Below, in pieces: positions 1-12,165 of a DNA stretch of 64,000 bases (position 1 is the stretch's first letter; every line of letters starts with the position of its first letter). A program made the position numbers and the translations under genes. This DNA comes from an uncultured Chloroflexia bacterium (GTDB lineage Bacteria; Chloroflexota; Anaerolineae; Anaerolineales; E44-bin32): assembly GCA_963710255.1 (NCBI GenBank), contig CAVPZJ010000005.1, positions 265,439-329,438 of the forward strand, written 5' to 3'. The notes below the pieces were generated by a model, which did not search any database, was not told the origin of the DNA, and saw only the letters and a list, made by a program, of their open reading frames with translations.

Positions 1-2214
1 ATCGAGGAAGCGCGGCGCCTCGGTAATCACTACATCGGAACTGAACACCTCCTGTTGGGGCTCGTGCGCCAGAACGAAGGCGTTGGGGTCGATGTCCTGC
101 GCCGGCTTGGGATTACGCCGGAACAGGTTCGCCGACAGACACGGCGCGTGCTGCAGGAAAGCCCCACGCGCAGGATGGCTCAAAAATCGAGCGGCAGCCA
201 GCGAAAAGACCAGCCGAAAACCCCCCTGGTTGACCAGCTGGCAACCGATCTAACCGCCCTGGCCGAAGAAAACAAGCTTGATCCCGTGATCGGGCGCGAG
301 ATGGAGATCGAGCGCGTGATCCAGATTCTCGCCCGCCGGACAAAGAACAACCCAGCCCTGATTGGGGAACCGGGTGTAGGCAAGACTGCCATCGTGGAAG
401 GGCTGGCCCAGCGGATTATCGCCGGAGAAACACCAGGCCCGTTGATTGGAAAGCGCGTCCTCCAGCTTGATGTCGGGTCACTGGTCGCTGGGACGATGTA
501 CCGTGGGCAGTTTGAAGAACGCCTGAAGCGGGTTATCGACGAACTCAAGTCATCCGAAGCGATCCTTTTTATCGATGAAGTCCACATGCTCGTTGGCGCT
601 GGTTCGGCCGGTTCATCCGTCGACGCAGCCAATATCCTCAAGCCGGCACTCTCGCGTGGCGAGCTGCAGGTGATCGGCGCGACCACACTGGATGAGTACC
701 GCAAGCACATCGAGAATGATGCTGCGCTTGAACGCCGTTTCCAGCCGGTGATGGTCGAAGAACCTTCGATCGAAGAGACGATCGACATCCTGCGCGGGGT
801 TAGGCGTCCTTACGAAGAGCATCATAAACTGGTAATTACTGATGAAGCGCTCGAGTCGGCCGCCTACCTATCCGCTCGCTATGTCACAGACCGGTTCCTG
901 CCCGATAAGGCCATCGACCTCATCGACGAATCGGCCTCCCGCGTCCGGATGTACAAGAGCCCGGAAGCCGTCTCGCTGCGCGATATCATCGGACAGCTGC
1001 GCAAGATCCGTGAAGCCCATGCAATGGCCCTGGATGAGTCACGCTATGATGACGCCCAGGAGCTCGTGCAGCGTGAAGCCCAGCTCGAAGAGCAGCTTGA
1101 GCTCCTGCGCGGGGCCTGGGATCGAAGCGAAAGCGGCCCGCGGGTGACCGAGGAAGATATCGCCGAAGTTGTATCCATGTGGACCGGTGTCCCGGTGATG
1201 CAAATCGCCGAGGCTGAATCGGAACGCCTGCTGCAGATGGAAGATGCGCTGCACGAGCGCATCATCGGGCAGGACGAGGCCATCAGCGCCATTTCCAAGG
1301 CGGTCCGCAGGTCAAGAGCGGGATTGAAAGATCCCAAACGTCCGATTGGCTCGTTCATCTTCCTGGGACCGACCGGCGTCGGAAAAACCGAGCTGACCAA
1401 GGCGCTGGCCGAGTTCATGTTCGGCTCGGAGGATGCCCTGGTCCAGATCGACATGTCGGAATTGATGGAGCGTCATAGCGTCAGCCGGCTGGTGGGCGCG
1501 CCTCCAGGATATGTCGGTTACGAAGATGCCGGGCAGTTGACGGAAGCCCTCCGCCGCCGCCCGTACTCGATCGTCGTTTTCGACGAGGTCGAGAAGGCGC
1601 ACCCCGAAGCCCACAATATGCTGCTCCAGATCATGGAGGAAGGCCAGCTCTCGGATGCACGCGGCCGCAAGGTGGACTTCCGCAACGCGATCATCGTCAT
1701 GACCTCCAATGTGGGGGCCGATATGATCAAGCGCCAGACGCAGCTTGGCTTTGACCTGCCGGCGGACGAGAGCCTGGAAGAGCGCCTGGCGTATGACGAG
1801 ATGCACAAGAAGCTGACCGAGGCGCTGAAGAAGGTCTTCCGCCCCGAGTTCTTGAACAGGGTCGACTCGATCATGGTCTTCCACGCCCTGACCAAGGGAG
1901 AAATTACCGAGATCGTGGACCTGGAGTTGAGCAAAGTTTCAGACAGGCTCAGCGAGCATGAGATCATCCTCACCGCGAGTCCAGCGGCAAGGTTGAAATT
2001 GGCCGACCTGGGCTACGATCCGGATATGGGTGCTCGCCCACTGCGGCGGGTCATCCAGAGCAAGGTCGAGGATCAGCTCTCCGACGATCTGCTCTCCGGC
2101 AAATTCAAAGCCGGTGACCACGTCCAGGTCGACCTCGTCGACGATGAGATTGTGCTGGGCCTCGGCGCAGGCGCTCCCGAGGACGAGGCGCAGGAAGCAG
2201 TCCCGGCCACCTGA
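1..2214 (+). CDS. clpC: ATP-dependent Clp protease ATP-binding subunit ClpC (5' end outside window)
   Basis: Frame 1 is open from base 1 ([21 protein letters not shown], a Clp N-repeat). Two AAA+ modules with Walker A GEPGVGKT and GPTGVGKT. Stop at 2212-2214. Confidence 0.9.
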   Translation: MEEARRLGNHYIGTEHLLLGLVRQNEGVGVDVLRRLGITPEQVRRQTRRVLQESPTRRMAQKSSGSQRKDQPKTPLVDQLATDLTALAEENKLDPVIGREMEIERVIQILARRTKNNPALIGEPGVGKTAIVEGLAQRIIAGETPGPLIGKRVLQLDVGSLVAGTMYRGQFEERLKRVIDELKSSEAILFIDEVHMLVGAGSAGSSVDAANILKPALSRGELQVIGATTLDEYRKHIENDAALERRFQPVMVEEPSIEETIDILRGVRRPYEEHHKLVITDEALESAAYLSARYVTDRFLPDKAIDLIDESASRVRMYKSPEAVSLRDIIGQLRKIREAHAMALDESRYDDAQELVQREAQLEEQLELLRGAWDRSESGPRVTEEDIAEVVSMWTGVPVMQIAEAESERLLQMEDALHERIIGQDEAISAISKAVRRSRAGLKDPKRPIGSFIFLGPTGVGKTELTKALAEFMFGSEDALVQIDMSELMERHSVSRLVGAPPGYVGYEDAGQLTEALRRRPYSIVVFDEVEKAHPEAHNMLLQIMEEGQLSDARGRKVDFRNAIIVMTSNVGADMIKRQTQLGFDLPADESLEERLAYDEMHKKLTEALKKVFRPEFLNRVDSIMVFHALTKGEITEIVDLELSKVSDRLSEHEIILTASPAARLKLADLGYDPDMGARPLRRVIQSKVEDQLSDDLLSGKFKAGDHVQVDLVDDEIVLGLGAGAPEDEAQEAVPAT

Positions 2215-2236
2215 TCTCTGGCAATTTGAATGAAAA

Positions 2237-2267
2237 CCCGACACCGCCCGGTGTCGGGTTTTTGTTT
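2237..2267 (+). terminator. Intrinsic terminator after clpC
   Basis: Perfect 9-bp stem CCCGACACC (2237-2245) / GGTGTCGGG (2250-2258), loop GCCC, followed by TTTTTGTTT. Confidence 0.8.
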
Positions 2268-2307
2268 CACGAACGTCTGGCGCTGTATAATCCCGGCAGG
2301 AGGCAGG

Positions 2308-3684
2308 GTGGCCAAAGTACAAACCCAGTACGTATGCCAGCAGTGCGGGAGGACAGCCCCGAAAGCCCTTGGGCGCTGCCCGCAATGCGGCGCGTGGAGC
2401 AGCATGGTTCAGGAGGTCGTCACCCCGCCAGGCCGCAAGAGGGCGAAGGCGCGTGGGGCAGGGACCGCCCGCGCTGTCCCGCTCTCACAGGTGGAAGGAG
2501 ATGCTGGCCGGCGCCTGCACCTCCCCATTGCCGAGTTCGCCCGCGTGCTGGGCGGCGGGGTCATGCCCGGATCTGTGACCTTGATCGGTGGGGATCCCGG
2601 GATCGGCAAATCCACCCTCTTGCTTCAGATGGCGACCCTGATGGCTTCCGACGGCCGGGTGCTGTACGTCTCGGGCGAAGAATCCGAACTGCAGATCAAG
2701 GCGCGCGCACAGCGCTTGCTTCCCGGGGGAACCCTGCCCGAGGCGCTTTTCGTCCTGACCGAGACGGATCTGGACCTGGTCCTGGAACAAATCGAGGCCG
2801 TTGCGCCAACCGTCCTGATCGCCAATTCGGTCCAAACCCTGCAGCTGGCTAGCTTTGATTCGAGCGCTGGATCGATCACCCAGGTGCGTGAGTGTACTGC
2901 ACGCCTGCAGGCCCTGGCCAAGGGCACAGGCACGGCCGTCTTCCTTGTCGGGCATGTCACGAAAGAGGGCGCCATCGCCGGTCCACGCGTCATGGAGCAC
3001 ATCGTCGACACGGTGCTTTACCTGGAGGGCGATCCTTATCATGCATACCGGCTGCTGCGGTCGGTGAAGAACCGCTTCGGCGCCACGACGGAGGTGGGCG
3101 TCTTCGAGATGGGGCCGGAGGGCATGATCGAGGTTTTGAACCCATCGGAGGCCTTCCTCGCCGAACGGGTGGTCAATGCACCCGGCTCGGCGGTGGCGGT
3201 GACGATGGAGGGCACCCGGCCTCTGCTCGTGGAGGTGCAGGGGCTGACCAGCCGCAGTGGGTTCGGCAACCCGCGCCGCACGGCAAACGGTGTCGACTTC
3301 AACCGCCTGCTGCTGACGGCGGCGGTCTTGACCCGGAGGGCGGGAATGCGGCTCGATGACCAGGACATCTTCATCAATATCGTCGGTGGGCTGCGGGTCG
3401 GAGAGCCGGCCGCCGACCTGGCGATGGCGATGGCCATCATGTCGTCCATGATGGACAAGCCACTCCCGGCGGATGCGGTCATGATCGGCGAGATTGGTTT
3501 ATCGGGTGAGATCCGGGCTGTGCCCCAGATCGAAACTCGGCTGATGGAAGCGGCGAAGCTCGGGTTTGCACGCGCTTTCATCCCGCGCCACAAGCGGGGC
3601 AAGTCGAGCCAGGTGGCCGGGATCCAACTTGAGCAAATCCAGTCCATCAACGAAGCCCAGCGGGTTCTGTTCCCATCTTCCTGA
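2308..3684 (+). CDS. radA: DNA repair protein RadA/Sms
   Basis: GTG 2308 sits after AGGAGG (2298-2303) and downstream of the clpC terminator. N-terminal zinc ribbon CQQCG...CPQCG, RecA-like Walker A GGDPGIGKST, Lon-like C-terminal domain. The ORF-track start at 2230 lies inside the terminator. Confidence 0.9.
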   Translation: MAKVQTQYVCQQCGRTAPKALGRCPQCGAWSSMVQEVVTPPGRKRAKARGAGTARAVPLSQVEGDAGRRLHLPIAEFARVLGGGVMPGSVTLIGGDPGIGKSTLLLQMATLMASDGRVLYVSGEESELQIKARAQRLLPGGTLPEALFVLTETDLDLVLEQIEAVAPTVLIANSVQTLQLASFDSSAGSITQVRECTARLQALAKGTGTAVFLVGHVTKEGAIAGPRVMEHIVDTVLYLEGDPYHAYRLLRSVKNRFGATTEVGVFEMGPEGMIEVLNPSEAFLAERVVNAPGSAVAVTMEGTRPLLVEVQGLTSRSGFGNPRRTANGVDFNRLLLTAAVLTRRAGMRLDDQDIFINIVGGLRVGEPAADLAMAMAIMSSMMDKPLPADAVMIGEIGLSGEIRAVPQIETRLMEAAKLGFARAFIPRHKRGKSSQVAGIQLEQIQSINEAQRVLFPSS

Positions 3685-4274
3685 GTTCACCAGATCTCCG
3701 TTTGTCCACGCGCGCGGCGCGCGTGACGAATTCGTCCCTGCCACCAGAGGCATTCTCAAGAATCGCGCCCGGTGAACCTGCTGGAATCAGCGTTGCCTGC
3801 AGCCCGCTGACACGCTCGACGGCCGGCCGTTTATTTAAGTTTTAAGGTTTCCCCCTGACCATCGAGCGTTTCCCCATTTTTGATCACAAGATGTGGGGGA
3901 CCGGGTTGTGCCCTCCACGCCATATTGGGCCGATTGCGCCCAGGAGGGGGCGTGTTAGAAGAGCCGCTCCAGGTTGACGGCCGGAGATCCTTTAACATTT
4001 AGCTCTCTTAAAACTTTGTAAGTTTTAGGGTAGTCGACGGCTAAACGTATTGAAGGGTGGGTGAGGTTTTGCTAGAATGCAGCCACTGTGGGTGGAGGCG
4101 GCACCATGCACGAGGAGGAGCGCCCACAGGCCCCCAAGCCAATGTGAGCTCGTAGGTCGTCCCCTCGACGACGGAAATCCATCACAGCGGCATACCAGGG
4201 TCTTCGCCTAATCAAATTGAGACTGATCATCCGGCCGCGATTTATATCACGGCCAGGGCAGTTGGGAGGACTGT
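3685..4274. other. dnaA-upstream non-coding region, candidate oriC / dnaA control region
   Basis: 590-bp gap before dnaA with the only AT-rich tracts in the neighbourhood (3831-3850, 3991-4030). Three copies of an AAGTTTTAA-type motif (3836-3847, 4008-4016 inverted, 4019-4030). One 7/9 DnaA-box-like TTGTCCACG (3702-3710) and two TGTGG-core sites (3892-3900, 4087-4095). Confidence 0.35.
4050..4078 (+). promoter_or_regulatory. Candidate sigma-70-type promoter for dnaA
   Basis: TTGAAG (4050-4055), 17-nt spacer, TAGAAT (4073-4078), with TG at the extended -10 position (tgcTAGAAT). Confidence 0.5.
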
Positions 4275-5618
4275 ATGGGAGCAGAGCGGAGCTGGCAGGC
4301 AGCGCTCGGACAACTTCAGATGGAGATGCCGCGAGCAGCCTATGACACCTGGGTCCGCGATGCTGAATACCTCACCTACGAAGATGGCACCTTCGTCATC
4401 GGCGTCAAGAACGCATACGCCCGTGACTGGCTACAGGACCGGCTGCTGGCAACCGTCAAGCGCACGCTGACCGGGATCGTCGGAAGAACGGTCGACGTTC
4501 GTTTCGTTGTCTGGACCGGACCAGCCGCCGAGCAGGTCCAGGACGCAGAGCCCAACCTCCACCGGGTCTCACCTCCATCGAACGGCCATCAACCACAGCT
4601 CAACCGGCGATACACCTTCGACAGCTTCGTTGTCGGCACAAGCAACCGGCTGGCGCATGCTGCGGCGCAAGCCGTCGCCGAAAGCCCGGCCAAAGCCTAC
4701 AATCCGCTCTTCCTGTATGGCGGCGTCGGCCTGGGGAAAACACACCTGCTGCACGCCGTTGGCCACGCCTGCCTGGAAGCCGGCTTGCAGGTTCGCTACG
4801 TCTCCTCGGAGGAGTTCACCAACGACCTGGTCAATGCCATCCTCAGCCATACAACCGCCGCATTCCGCGAACGCTACCGCCGGGTAGATGTCCTGCTCAT
4901 CGATGACATCCAGTTCATCGCCGGCAAAGAATCCACCCAGGAAGAATTTTTCCATACCTTCAACACGCTCCACAGCGGCGACAGGCAGATCGTGCTCACC
5001 TCCGATCGGCCGCCACGGGCGCTCGTCACACTGGAGGAACGCCTGCGCTCGCGCTTCGAGTGGGGGTTGACAGCCGACATCCAGGCTGCGGATTACGAGA
5101 CCCGCCTGGCGATCCTGCGCTCGAAAGCCGAGCGGCAGGGTAGGCAAGTGCCGCACGCCATCCTGGAGGAGGTCGCCCGCCGGGTGCAGAGCAATATCCG
5201 CGAGCTGGAAGGTGCGCTCACTCGCGTCCTGGCTTACGCCGAGCTGCGCGGCGAAGCGCTCTCGACGGAGCTGGTCGAATCAGCCCTGGCGGACATGCTC
5301 GTGCAGACGGGCCGGCCGGACGGCGAGCTGGTCATCGATGCCGTTGCCAGGCGCTATGGCCTGGAACCGGAGCGCTTGCTCAGCCGTGATCGCACGCGCG
5401 AAGTGGCACGTCCGCGCCAGATCGCCATGTACTTGATGCGCCAGGAGACGGATGCCTCGCTGCCCAAGATCGGCGACATGCTGGGTGGGCGCGACCACAC
5501 GACCGTGCTGTATGGGTCCGAGAAGATATCTGAACTCATCGAGACCGACGACGCGCTGCGGCGTGAGGTGATGTCGATCCGCGAACAGCTCTACCGCCGG
5601 CTTGGCGCCACGCCTTAA
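4275..5618 (+). CDS. dnaA: Chromosomal replication initiator DnaA
   Basis: RBS GGGAGGA at 4264-4270. AAA+ Walker A GGVGLGKTHL, Walker B LLIDDIQF, and the C-terminal DNA-binding helix-turn-helix (GGRDHTTVLYG). Confidence 0.95.
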   Translation: MGAERSWQAALGQLQMEMPRAAYDTWVRDAEYLTYEDGTFVIGVKNAYARDWLQDRLLATVKRTLTGIVGRTVDVRFVVWTGPAAEQVQDAEPNLHRVSPPSNGHQPQLNRRYTFDSFVVGTSNRLAHAAAQAVAESPAKAYNPLFLYGGVGLGKTHLLHAVGHACLEAGLQVRYVSSEEFTNDLVNAILSHTTAAFRERYRRVDVLLIDDIQFIAGKESTQEEFFHTFNTLHSGDRQIVLTSDRPPRALVTLEERLRSRFEWGLTADIQAADYETRLAILRSKAERQGRQVPHAILEEVARRVQSNIRELEGALTRVLAYAELRGEALSTELVESALADMLVQTGRPDGELVIDAVARRYGLEPERLLSRDRTREVARPRQIAMYLMRQETDASLPKIGDMLGGRDHTTVLYGSEKISELIETDDALRREVMSIREQLYRRLGATP

Positions 5619-5799
5619 TCCCCAAATCAACCTGTTTGTCCCCCGCTTGATGCGCAGGCGATTGCAGGGCACACCCGTGTGTGCGCCCTGAGCGAAATGC
5701 ACGCGGGCCGACACGCAGGTCGGCCCCAGCGGTTCTAACCGTGTATGTATTTGGAAACGAAGCGGATGAAGGGGTGCACGCGTGTGTGCGCCCGAACCT

Positions 5800-6640
5800 T
5801 CAAGCCGGGTATGCGAAAACCCCGAGGATTCCTGGACCGCCATGGACGGCCAGCGAGGCGACCAGGTCCTCCATCAGCAGTTCATCAATCTGGAAGCGTC
5901 TTTCAAGCTTATGTTTCACCATCTCGGCCTCGGCGGCTGCGCGGGCGTGGATCACCGCCGCTTTCAGCGGGATCTCGGAGGAGAAGGACTTCTCCCAGCA
6001 GGTCGACGATACGCTCGAGGGCCTTCGACCGGGTGCGGATGTTCTCGCCGGCCTCAAGCATGCCGCCTTCGAGCGAGATGATGGGTTTTACGTTCAGCAG
6101 TGAGGCAAGTGCGCCCTGGAGCCGGCCGACTCGCCCGCTCATCTGGAGATACTTGAGGGTTGCCGGGGTGAGGAACAAGCGGCTGGTGGTGCGAATGTGC
6201 TCAAGGCGCTGAAGAATGGCTTCGAGCGGCTGGCCCGCCTCCGAGGCGCGGGCGGCCTCGAGCACCATCCACCCGGTTCCGAGCGAGATGCTGGCCGAGT
6301 CGAACACGGCCACATCCGCTTCCGGGACCATTTCCTTGGCCATCAGCGCCGAATCGTAGGTCCCGCTCAACTTGCCGGTGACGGTGATGACCAACCCGGA
6401 ATGTCCCTGCTCGCGCAGCTGCTGGTAGTAGTGGGCAAACGCGGCGGGAGCCGGTTGGGAGGTGGTGGGGATGATGCCCATGTCATCGATTTTCGCGTAG
6501 AACAAACTGCGATCGATGTTGATGCCCTCCTCGTACGTCTCCTCCTTGAACTGGATCGCGATGGGGGCGATGCGGATATCGTGTTGGTGGATGAGCTCGC
6601 TGGACAGGTTGTTGGTGCTGTCGGCAATGATTTTGATCAT
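5800..6640 (-). CDS. DegV family (fatty-acid-binding) protein, reading frame broken once
   Basis: ORF 5909-6640 carries the DegV N-terminal part. ORF 5800-6057 carries the C-terminal part (LKAAVIHARAAAEAE...GGPGILGVFAY). Removing one C from the CCC run at 5994-5996 joins them as DLLEKSFSSEIPLKAAVIHA. Confidence 0.75.
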
Positions 6641-6782
6641 CGGTAATCCTTTCTTGCTTGGTGCAAGTCGGTCTGTCCGGCGTATTGCGGGAGGGGAGAG
6701 GGGGTCAAGGATTTCCTAACAGCCGGTGAGAACCCATTGATTGTAGATCATGGCAGCCCGTGCAGACAAACCGCGCCGCGGG

Positions 6783-7226
6783 TCATCCCGGGGGCTGAAA
6801 AGGCGCCTTCCAGCTCGGTGATTTGTGGACGTGCACGACGCGCCACGCTCCGTCCAGCTGGACCAGGACGCGGGTTTCATTCACGCTGGCGACGTCGACC
6901 CCGGCGGTGGAGCTGCGCGAGATGAGCAGGGTATAGGTGCAGATGGCCGTGTCCCCATAGCGCTGTTCGTGGTAATTTACGAGGTCAAACCTCTGCCGGC
7001 CGCTGCCGCCTGGGGTTCCCTTTGGATCGAGCGGCATGCCGGGGTTGTCCTCGCGGCTTGTCTCTGCGAGCATGAACTCATGAAAGGGGAGGCCATCAAT
7101 CCGCTGGGGTGTGACGTACCATTCGTACAGCGTGAGATCTGGAATTGTGCTGGCCCGGTATGCATCGATGTCATTGTCGAAAATACCTTGCAGATGCTGC
7201 TCGAGAAACTCACGTGGTTCCTGCAT
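6783..7226 (-). CDS. NTF2-like (SnoaL/DUF4440-type) small protein
   Basis: 147 aa ending in the typical ...DGAWRVVHVHKS motif of DUF4440/SnoaL-like folds. No finer assignment is possible by eye. Confidence 0.55.
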   Translation of the reverse strand: MQEPREFLEQHLQGIFDNDIDAYRASTIPDLTLYEWYVTPQRIDGLPFHEFMLAETSREDNPGMPLDPKGTPGGSGRQRFDLVNYHEQRYGDTAICTYTLLISRSSTAGVDVASVNETRVLVQLDGAWRVVHVHKSPSWKAPFQPPG

Positions 7227-7255
7227 GGCTCAAGTCACCTCCATATTGAATGGTT

Positions 7256-9758
7256 CTAAAGCAAGCTGACCGGGTCGACATCCACGGACCAGCCGTCGGG
7301 CAGCTGCTCCGGGATCCAGTTGGTGGGATCGGAACCCCGCAGGATGAGATGCCAGTGGTGAAGGCCGCGGATGCGTTCGAAGTAGCAGGGCGCCGGACCG
7401 ATCAGGTCAAGCGTTTCGCCTGACCCACGCGCCGAGGCCCGCAGGATTTGCGCCATGCGCCCCGCCTCGCGCTCGGCTGCCTGTGCGCTGTTTGCCTTAA
7501 GCAGCAAGCGTACAAGCCGCGTGAAAGGCGGGTACAGGAGCTGCTTGCGGAAGGCGATTTCCTGGTCGTAAAACTCCCGGTAATCGTGCCTGGAGGCTGC
7601 CTTGGACCGCGTAGTGCTGTGGTTGGTAGGTCTGCAGGATGGCCCGTCCACCGAGCAGCCCGCGCCCGGCCCGACCTGCGACCTGGGTCAGGAGCTGGAA
7701 GGTCCGTTCGCCGGCGCGGTAGTCAGGCAGGTTCAGGCCCACGTCTGCGGAAATCACGCCTACCAACGTAACCAGCGGGATATCGAGCCCCTTGGCCAGC
7801 ATCTGGGTGCCGATCAGGATGTCGGCGCGATGGGCGGCGAAGTGGGCCAGGATGACGTCATGCGCGCCCTTCTCGCGCGTCGCGTCATGGTCCCAGCGCA
7901 GCGTCCGGGCTGCCGGGAAACGGCTTTCGACCTCGGCCTGGATGCGCTGTGTTCCCGCTCCGAAGTGCCGCACCCGGCTCCCCCCGCATTCCGGGCAGGT
8001 CACGGGTGCCTGGCGGCGGTATCCGCATTGATGACACACGAGACCGGCTGGGTCACGGTGCATCGTCAGGCTGCGGTCGCAGCGAGGGCAGGTGGCCACC
8101 CACCCGCAATCCCGGCAGAAGATGTGGGTCTCAGCACCGCGGCGGTTCAGGAAGAGGATGGCCTGCTCGCCGGCGGAGAGCACCTCCTGCAGGGCTTCTT
8201 CGAGCGGACGGCTGAAGATGGAGCGGTTGCCTGCTTTGAGCTCGAGGCGCATATCGACAACGCGCACGGGCGGCAGCGCGATCGAGCGCGCCTCGCCCTC
8301 CTCGCTCCCGTAGCGATCCGCAATCCCCAGCCGGGAGGCCTGGCCTGCCAGCCGGGCTCGATGGCCCAGGATCCGGCGCGGGAGTTCCAACCGCTGCAGC
8401 TGACCCCGTTCGGCGCGGAAGGTGGTCGTCACGTCAGGCGTCGCGCTGCCCAGGATGAGCGTCGCCCCGAGCGTGCGGGCATAGGCCTGGGCGGAACTCG
8501 CGGGCATGATAGCGCGGTGACCGCTCCTGTTCCTTGTAGGATTCGTCGTGCGACTCATCGAGCACGATCAAGCCGATGTCGGGAAGCGGGGTGAAAAGCG
8601 CGCTGCGCGGGCCGACGACAATGCGCAAGTCCCCGGCCCGGCAGCGGCGCCAGGTGTCGAAACGCTCACCCGCGGAGAGCTCGGAATGGATCAGCCCGAC
8701 CTGGCCCGGGAAGCGAGCCACGAACCTGCGCACAGTCTGCGGGGTGAGGGCGATTTCGGGCACCAGGATGATCGCGGTCCGCCCGCTTTCCAGCGTCTCG
8801 GCTACGCCCCGCAAGTAGAGTTCGGTCTTGCCGGAACCCGTGATGCCGTGGAGCAGGAAGGCGGCGTAGGTGCCCGCCCGGATAGCCTCGGAAAGCGGCT
8901 GCCAGACCGCCTGCTGGTCCGCTCGTCAGGCTGGGCGGCAGGGCCGGGACGAATTCCAATTCCTCGAGCGGATCGCGCCAGACCTCGGCTTCGCTCAAGG
9001 CGATCAACCCCTCCGCTCTCAAGTTTGCGCAGGTCACCCAGCGAGGCGGCGTGCTCGGCATACAACCAGGAGACCTCGATCGCCTCACCCTCGGCGATCA
9101 GGGTTTCGATGATGCCCTGTCTGCGAGCGTAGGCTTCGCTGCCCGGTTTGCCGATCGAGGCCACGCGCTCGCGGGCAAGGTCGGGTGAGGCTTGCAGGCG
9201 GGCATTGCGGACATGTTTCGGCCGGACGCGGGGCGGGTCGAGCACGGATTCGCGCTCGAGCACACCCTGCCGGAGCAAGGCCTGGACGGCAGCCTTCCAG
9301 GCCTGGCGGGGGAAGGCGCGCGCAATCTGCCGCGAACGGAGCTCGCCCTTTTTCTGCAGCAGGCTGATGACCTTCTGCTGCATGGCGTTCTTGGGCTCGA
9401 CCGGGGTGTCGATCAGCCGGATGACCGAGTCGGCCTGCTGGCTGAGCCCCGGGGGGAGCATCAGCGTCAGGGCGTCGATCAACCCGGCGTGATACGTGTT
9501 TGCAATCCAGGCCGCCAGTTCGAGCTGCGCGGGAGTCAGCACCGGGAACGGGTCGACGAGCGATTCGATGGCCTTGGTCTCGGCGACTGCGGGGGAATCG
9601 GGAAGGCTGACGACAACGCCCTGCGTTCGCTGGCGTCCAAAAGGGACCGTCACAAGGTGACCGAGAGCGATGCGCTCACGCAGATGCGGGGGAAGATGGT
9701 AGTCGAAGGTGCCGCGCACCTGGGGGAGGTTGATGGCAACCTCGGCGAACCTGTGCAT
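7256..9758 (-). CDS. priA: Primosomal protein N' (PriA helicase), frame broken at four sites
   Basis: Five ORF fragments (8802-9926, 8666-9088, 8434-8814, 7497-8558, 7256-7651) tile one PriA. Start is MHRFAEVAINLP. Walker A HGITGSGKTE is recovered after a frame fix, followed by DESHDESYK, the Cys4 zinc motifs (CRDCG..CPRC, CHQCG..CPECG) and the C-terminal domain. Breaks are near 9020-9027, 8919-8920, 8495-8496 and 7600-7601. Confidence 0.85.
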
Positions 9759-9762
9759 GAGC

Positions 9763-11110
<1,348 letters not shown>

Positions 11111-11143
11111 TGATCTGCTCCCTTCCCGGGATTGCCCGGATCT

Positions 11144-12066
11144 CTACGCAGCAGTACGTTCCTGAATCTTCTGATCGGTAGATCACAACCGAGGCGTATC
11201 CGACGACGGAGCTCTTATCGCCTGTGACAGCGGCCGATGTCGTGTGTTCCAAGGCCTTCACCTGGTTCGCGCCCATCGCCCGGCAGGCCCACATCACGGC
11301 CGCTACCGCACCCCGGCCGCAGGCGAACCCGGCCCCCTCCTTTTCCGCGTTTATCACCCCGGCCGGGTCGAAGCGCTCTATGCGCCGGATCATCTCCCGA
11401 TCCAGCACCAGCGCCTCCCGCTCGGGGTAGAAGTGAGAAAGATCTGAGCTGCCGATGATGAGCGTGCCCGGTTCAAGAACCCGGGCCAGGGTTTCGCCGA
11501 CCGCACGCGCCGTCCTCTCGCTCTGGTCGCGCAGCATGATGGCCAGCAGCTGGAACGGCTTGCTCAACGCCCGCTGCAGGAAGGGCAGCTCAATTTCCAG
11601 CGCATGTTCCTGATCCTGCCGGATCCTTTCGACCGTGATCCCGTGCTCTCGTTCCAAACCCTGTTCGAAGCGGGTTTGCAGTTCCTGGTTGATCGTGATC
11701 GACGCCGAGCGGGGTGGCGAACGCGTCGTGCCCGCTGGTTAACACTGCGCTCGCGGCCAGCCCATGCAGCGGGGAGAGGATGACGACCGTCGCCGGCTGC
11801 ATGCCCTGGACGAGCTTGAAAGCCTGGGCGGCGACCGACCCAGAGTAGCGGTGACCGGCGTGGGGAACGATTAATCCCAAGACCCGGCCATCGAGCGGCA
11901 CACCTGTGCCGGCCAGCTCGAGGTAGCGATCGATCGACTCGGCGAGGGTTTTTTGATCGCCGGGGTACCAGCTTCCGGCGATGGGTGAGGGGCGCACGTC
12001 CGTGGGTTCGGGTATTTCTGACACAGCACCGGCATTGTAGCATAAAGCTCCGCCCGCTTGACTCAA
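11144..12066 (-). CDS. Memo-like protein (AmmeMemoRadiSam system protein B family), frame broken; 3' end uncertain
   Basis: SPIAGSWYPG, VPHAGHRYSG, HALEIELPFLQ and GSSDLSHFY motifs. ORFs 11590-12066 and 10932-11657 join near 11705 (ATPLG/SITINQELQ). The ORF then runs into the next gene, so a further indel near 11175 probably hides the stop (candidate TAG at 11144-11146). Confidence 0.65.
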
Positions 12067-12094
12067 CCCGCCCGCCGCCGACCCGGAGAACCCC

Positions 12095-12140
12095 TTGACA
12101 TCCGAACACTTGTTCGAGTAAGATTAGAACACCTGTTCTA
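12095..12140 (+). promoter_or_regulatory. Promoter with two LexA-type (GAAC-N4-GTTC) operators
   Basis: TTGACA (12095-12100), 18-nt spacer, TAAGAT (12119-12124). CGAACACTTGTTCG (12103-12116) lies in the spacer. TAGAACA-CC-TGTTCTA (12125-12140) follows the -10. Confidence 0.6.
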
Positions 12141-12165
12141 CTATGTTCAGGCATGGAGGTGTTCG

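Noticed and set aside
3499-3775. Short ORFs (86 aa minus strand, 69 aa plus strand) at the radA end and radA-dnaA spacer
   Set aside because: They overlap the radA 3' end or GC-rich spacer, have no RBS and show an Arg/Pro-rich composition.
7602-8594. 330-aa plus-strand ORF inside priA
   Set aside because: It is antisense to PriA fragments that carry zinc-finger and helicase motifs, and it has no motifs of its own. The same applies to 10106-11113, 24766-25629, 15593-16348 and 41446-42126.
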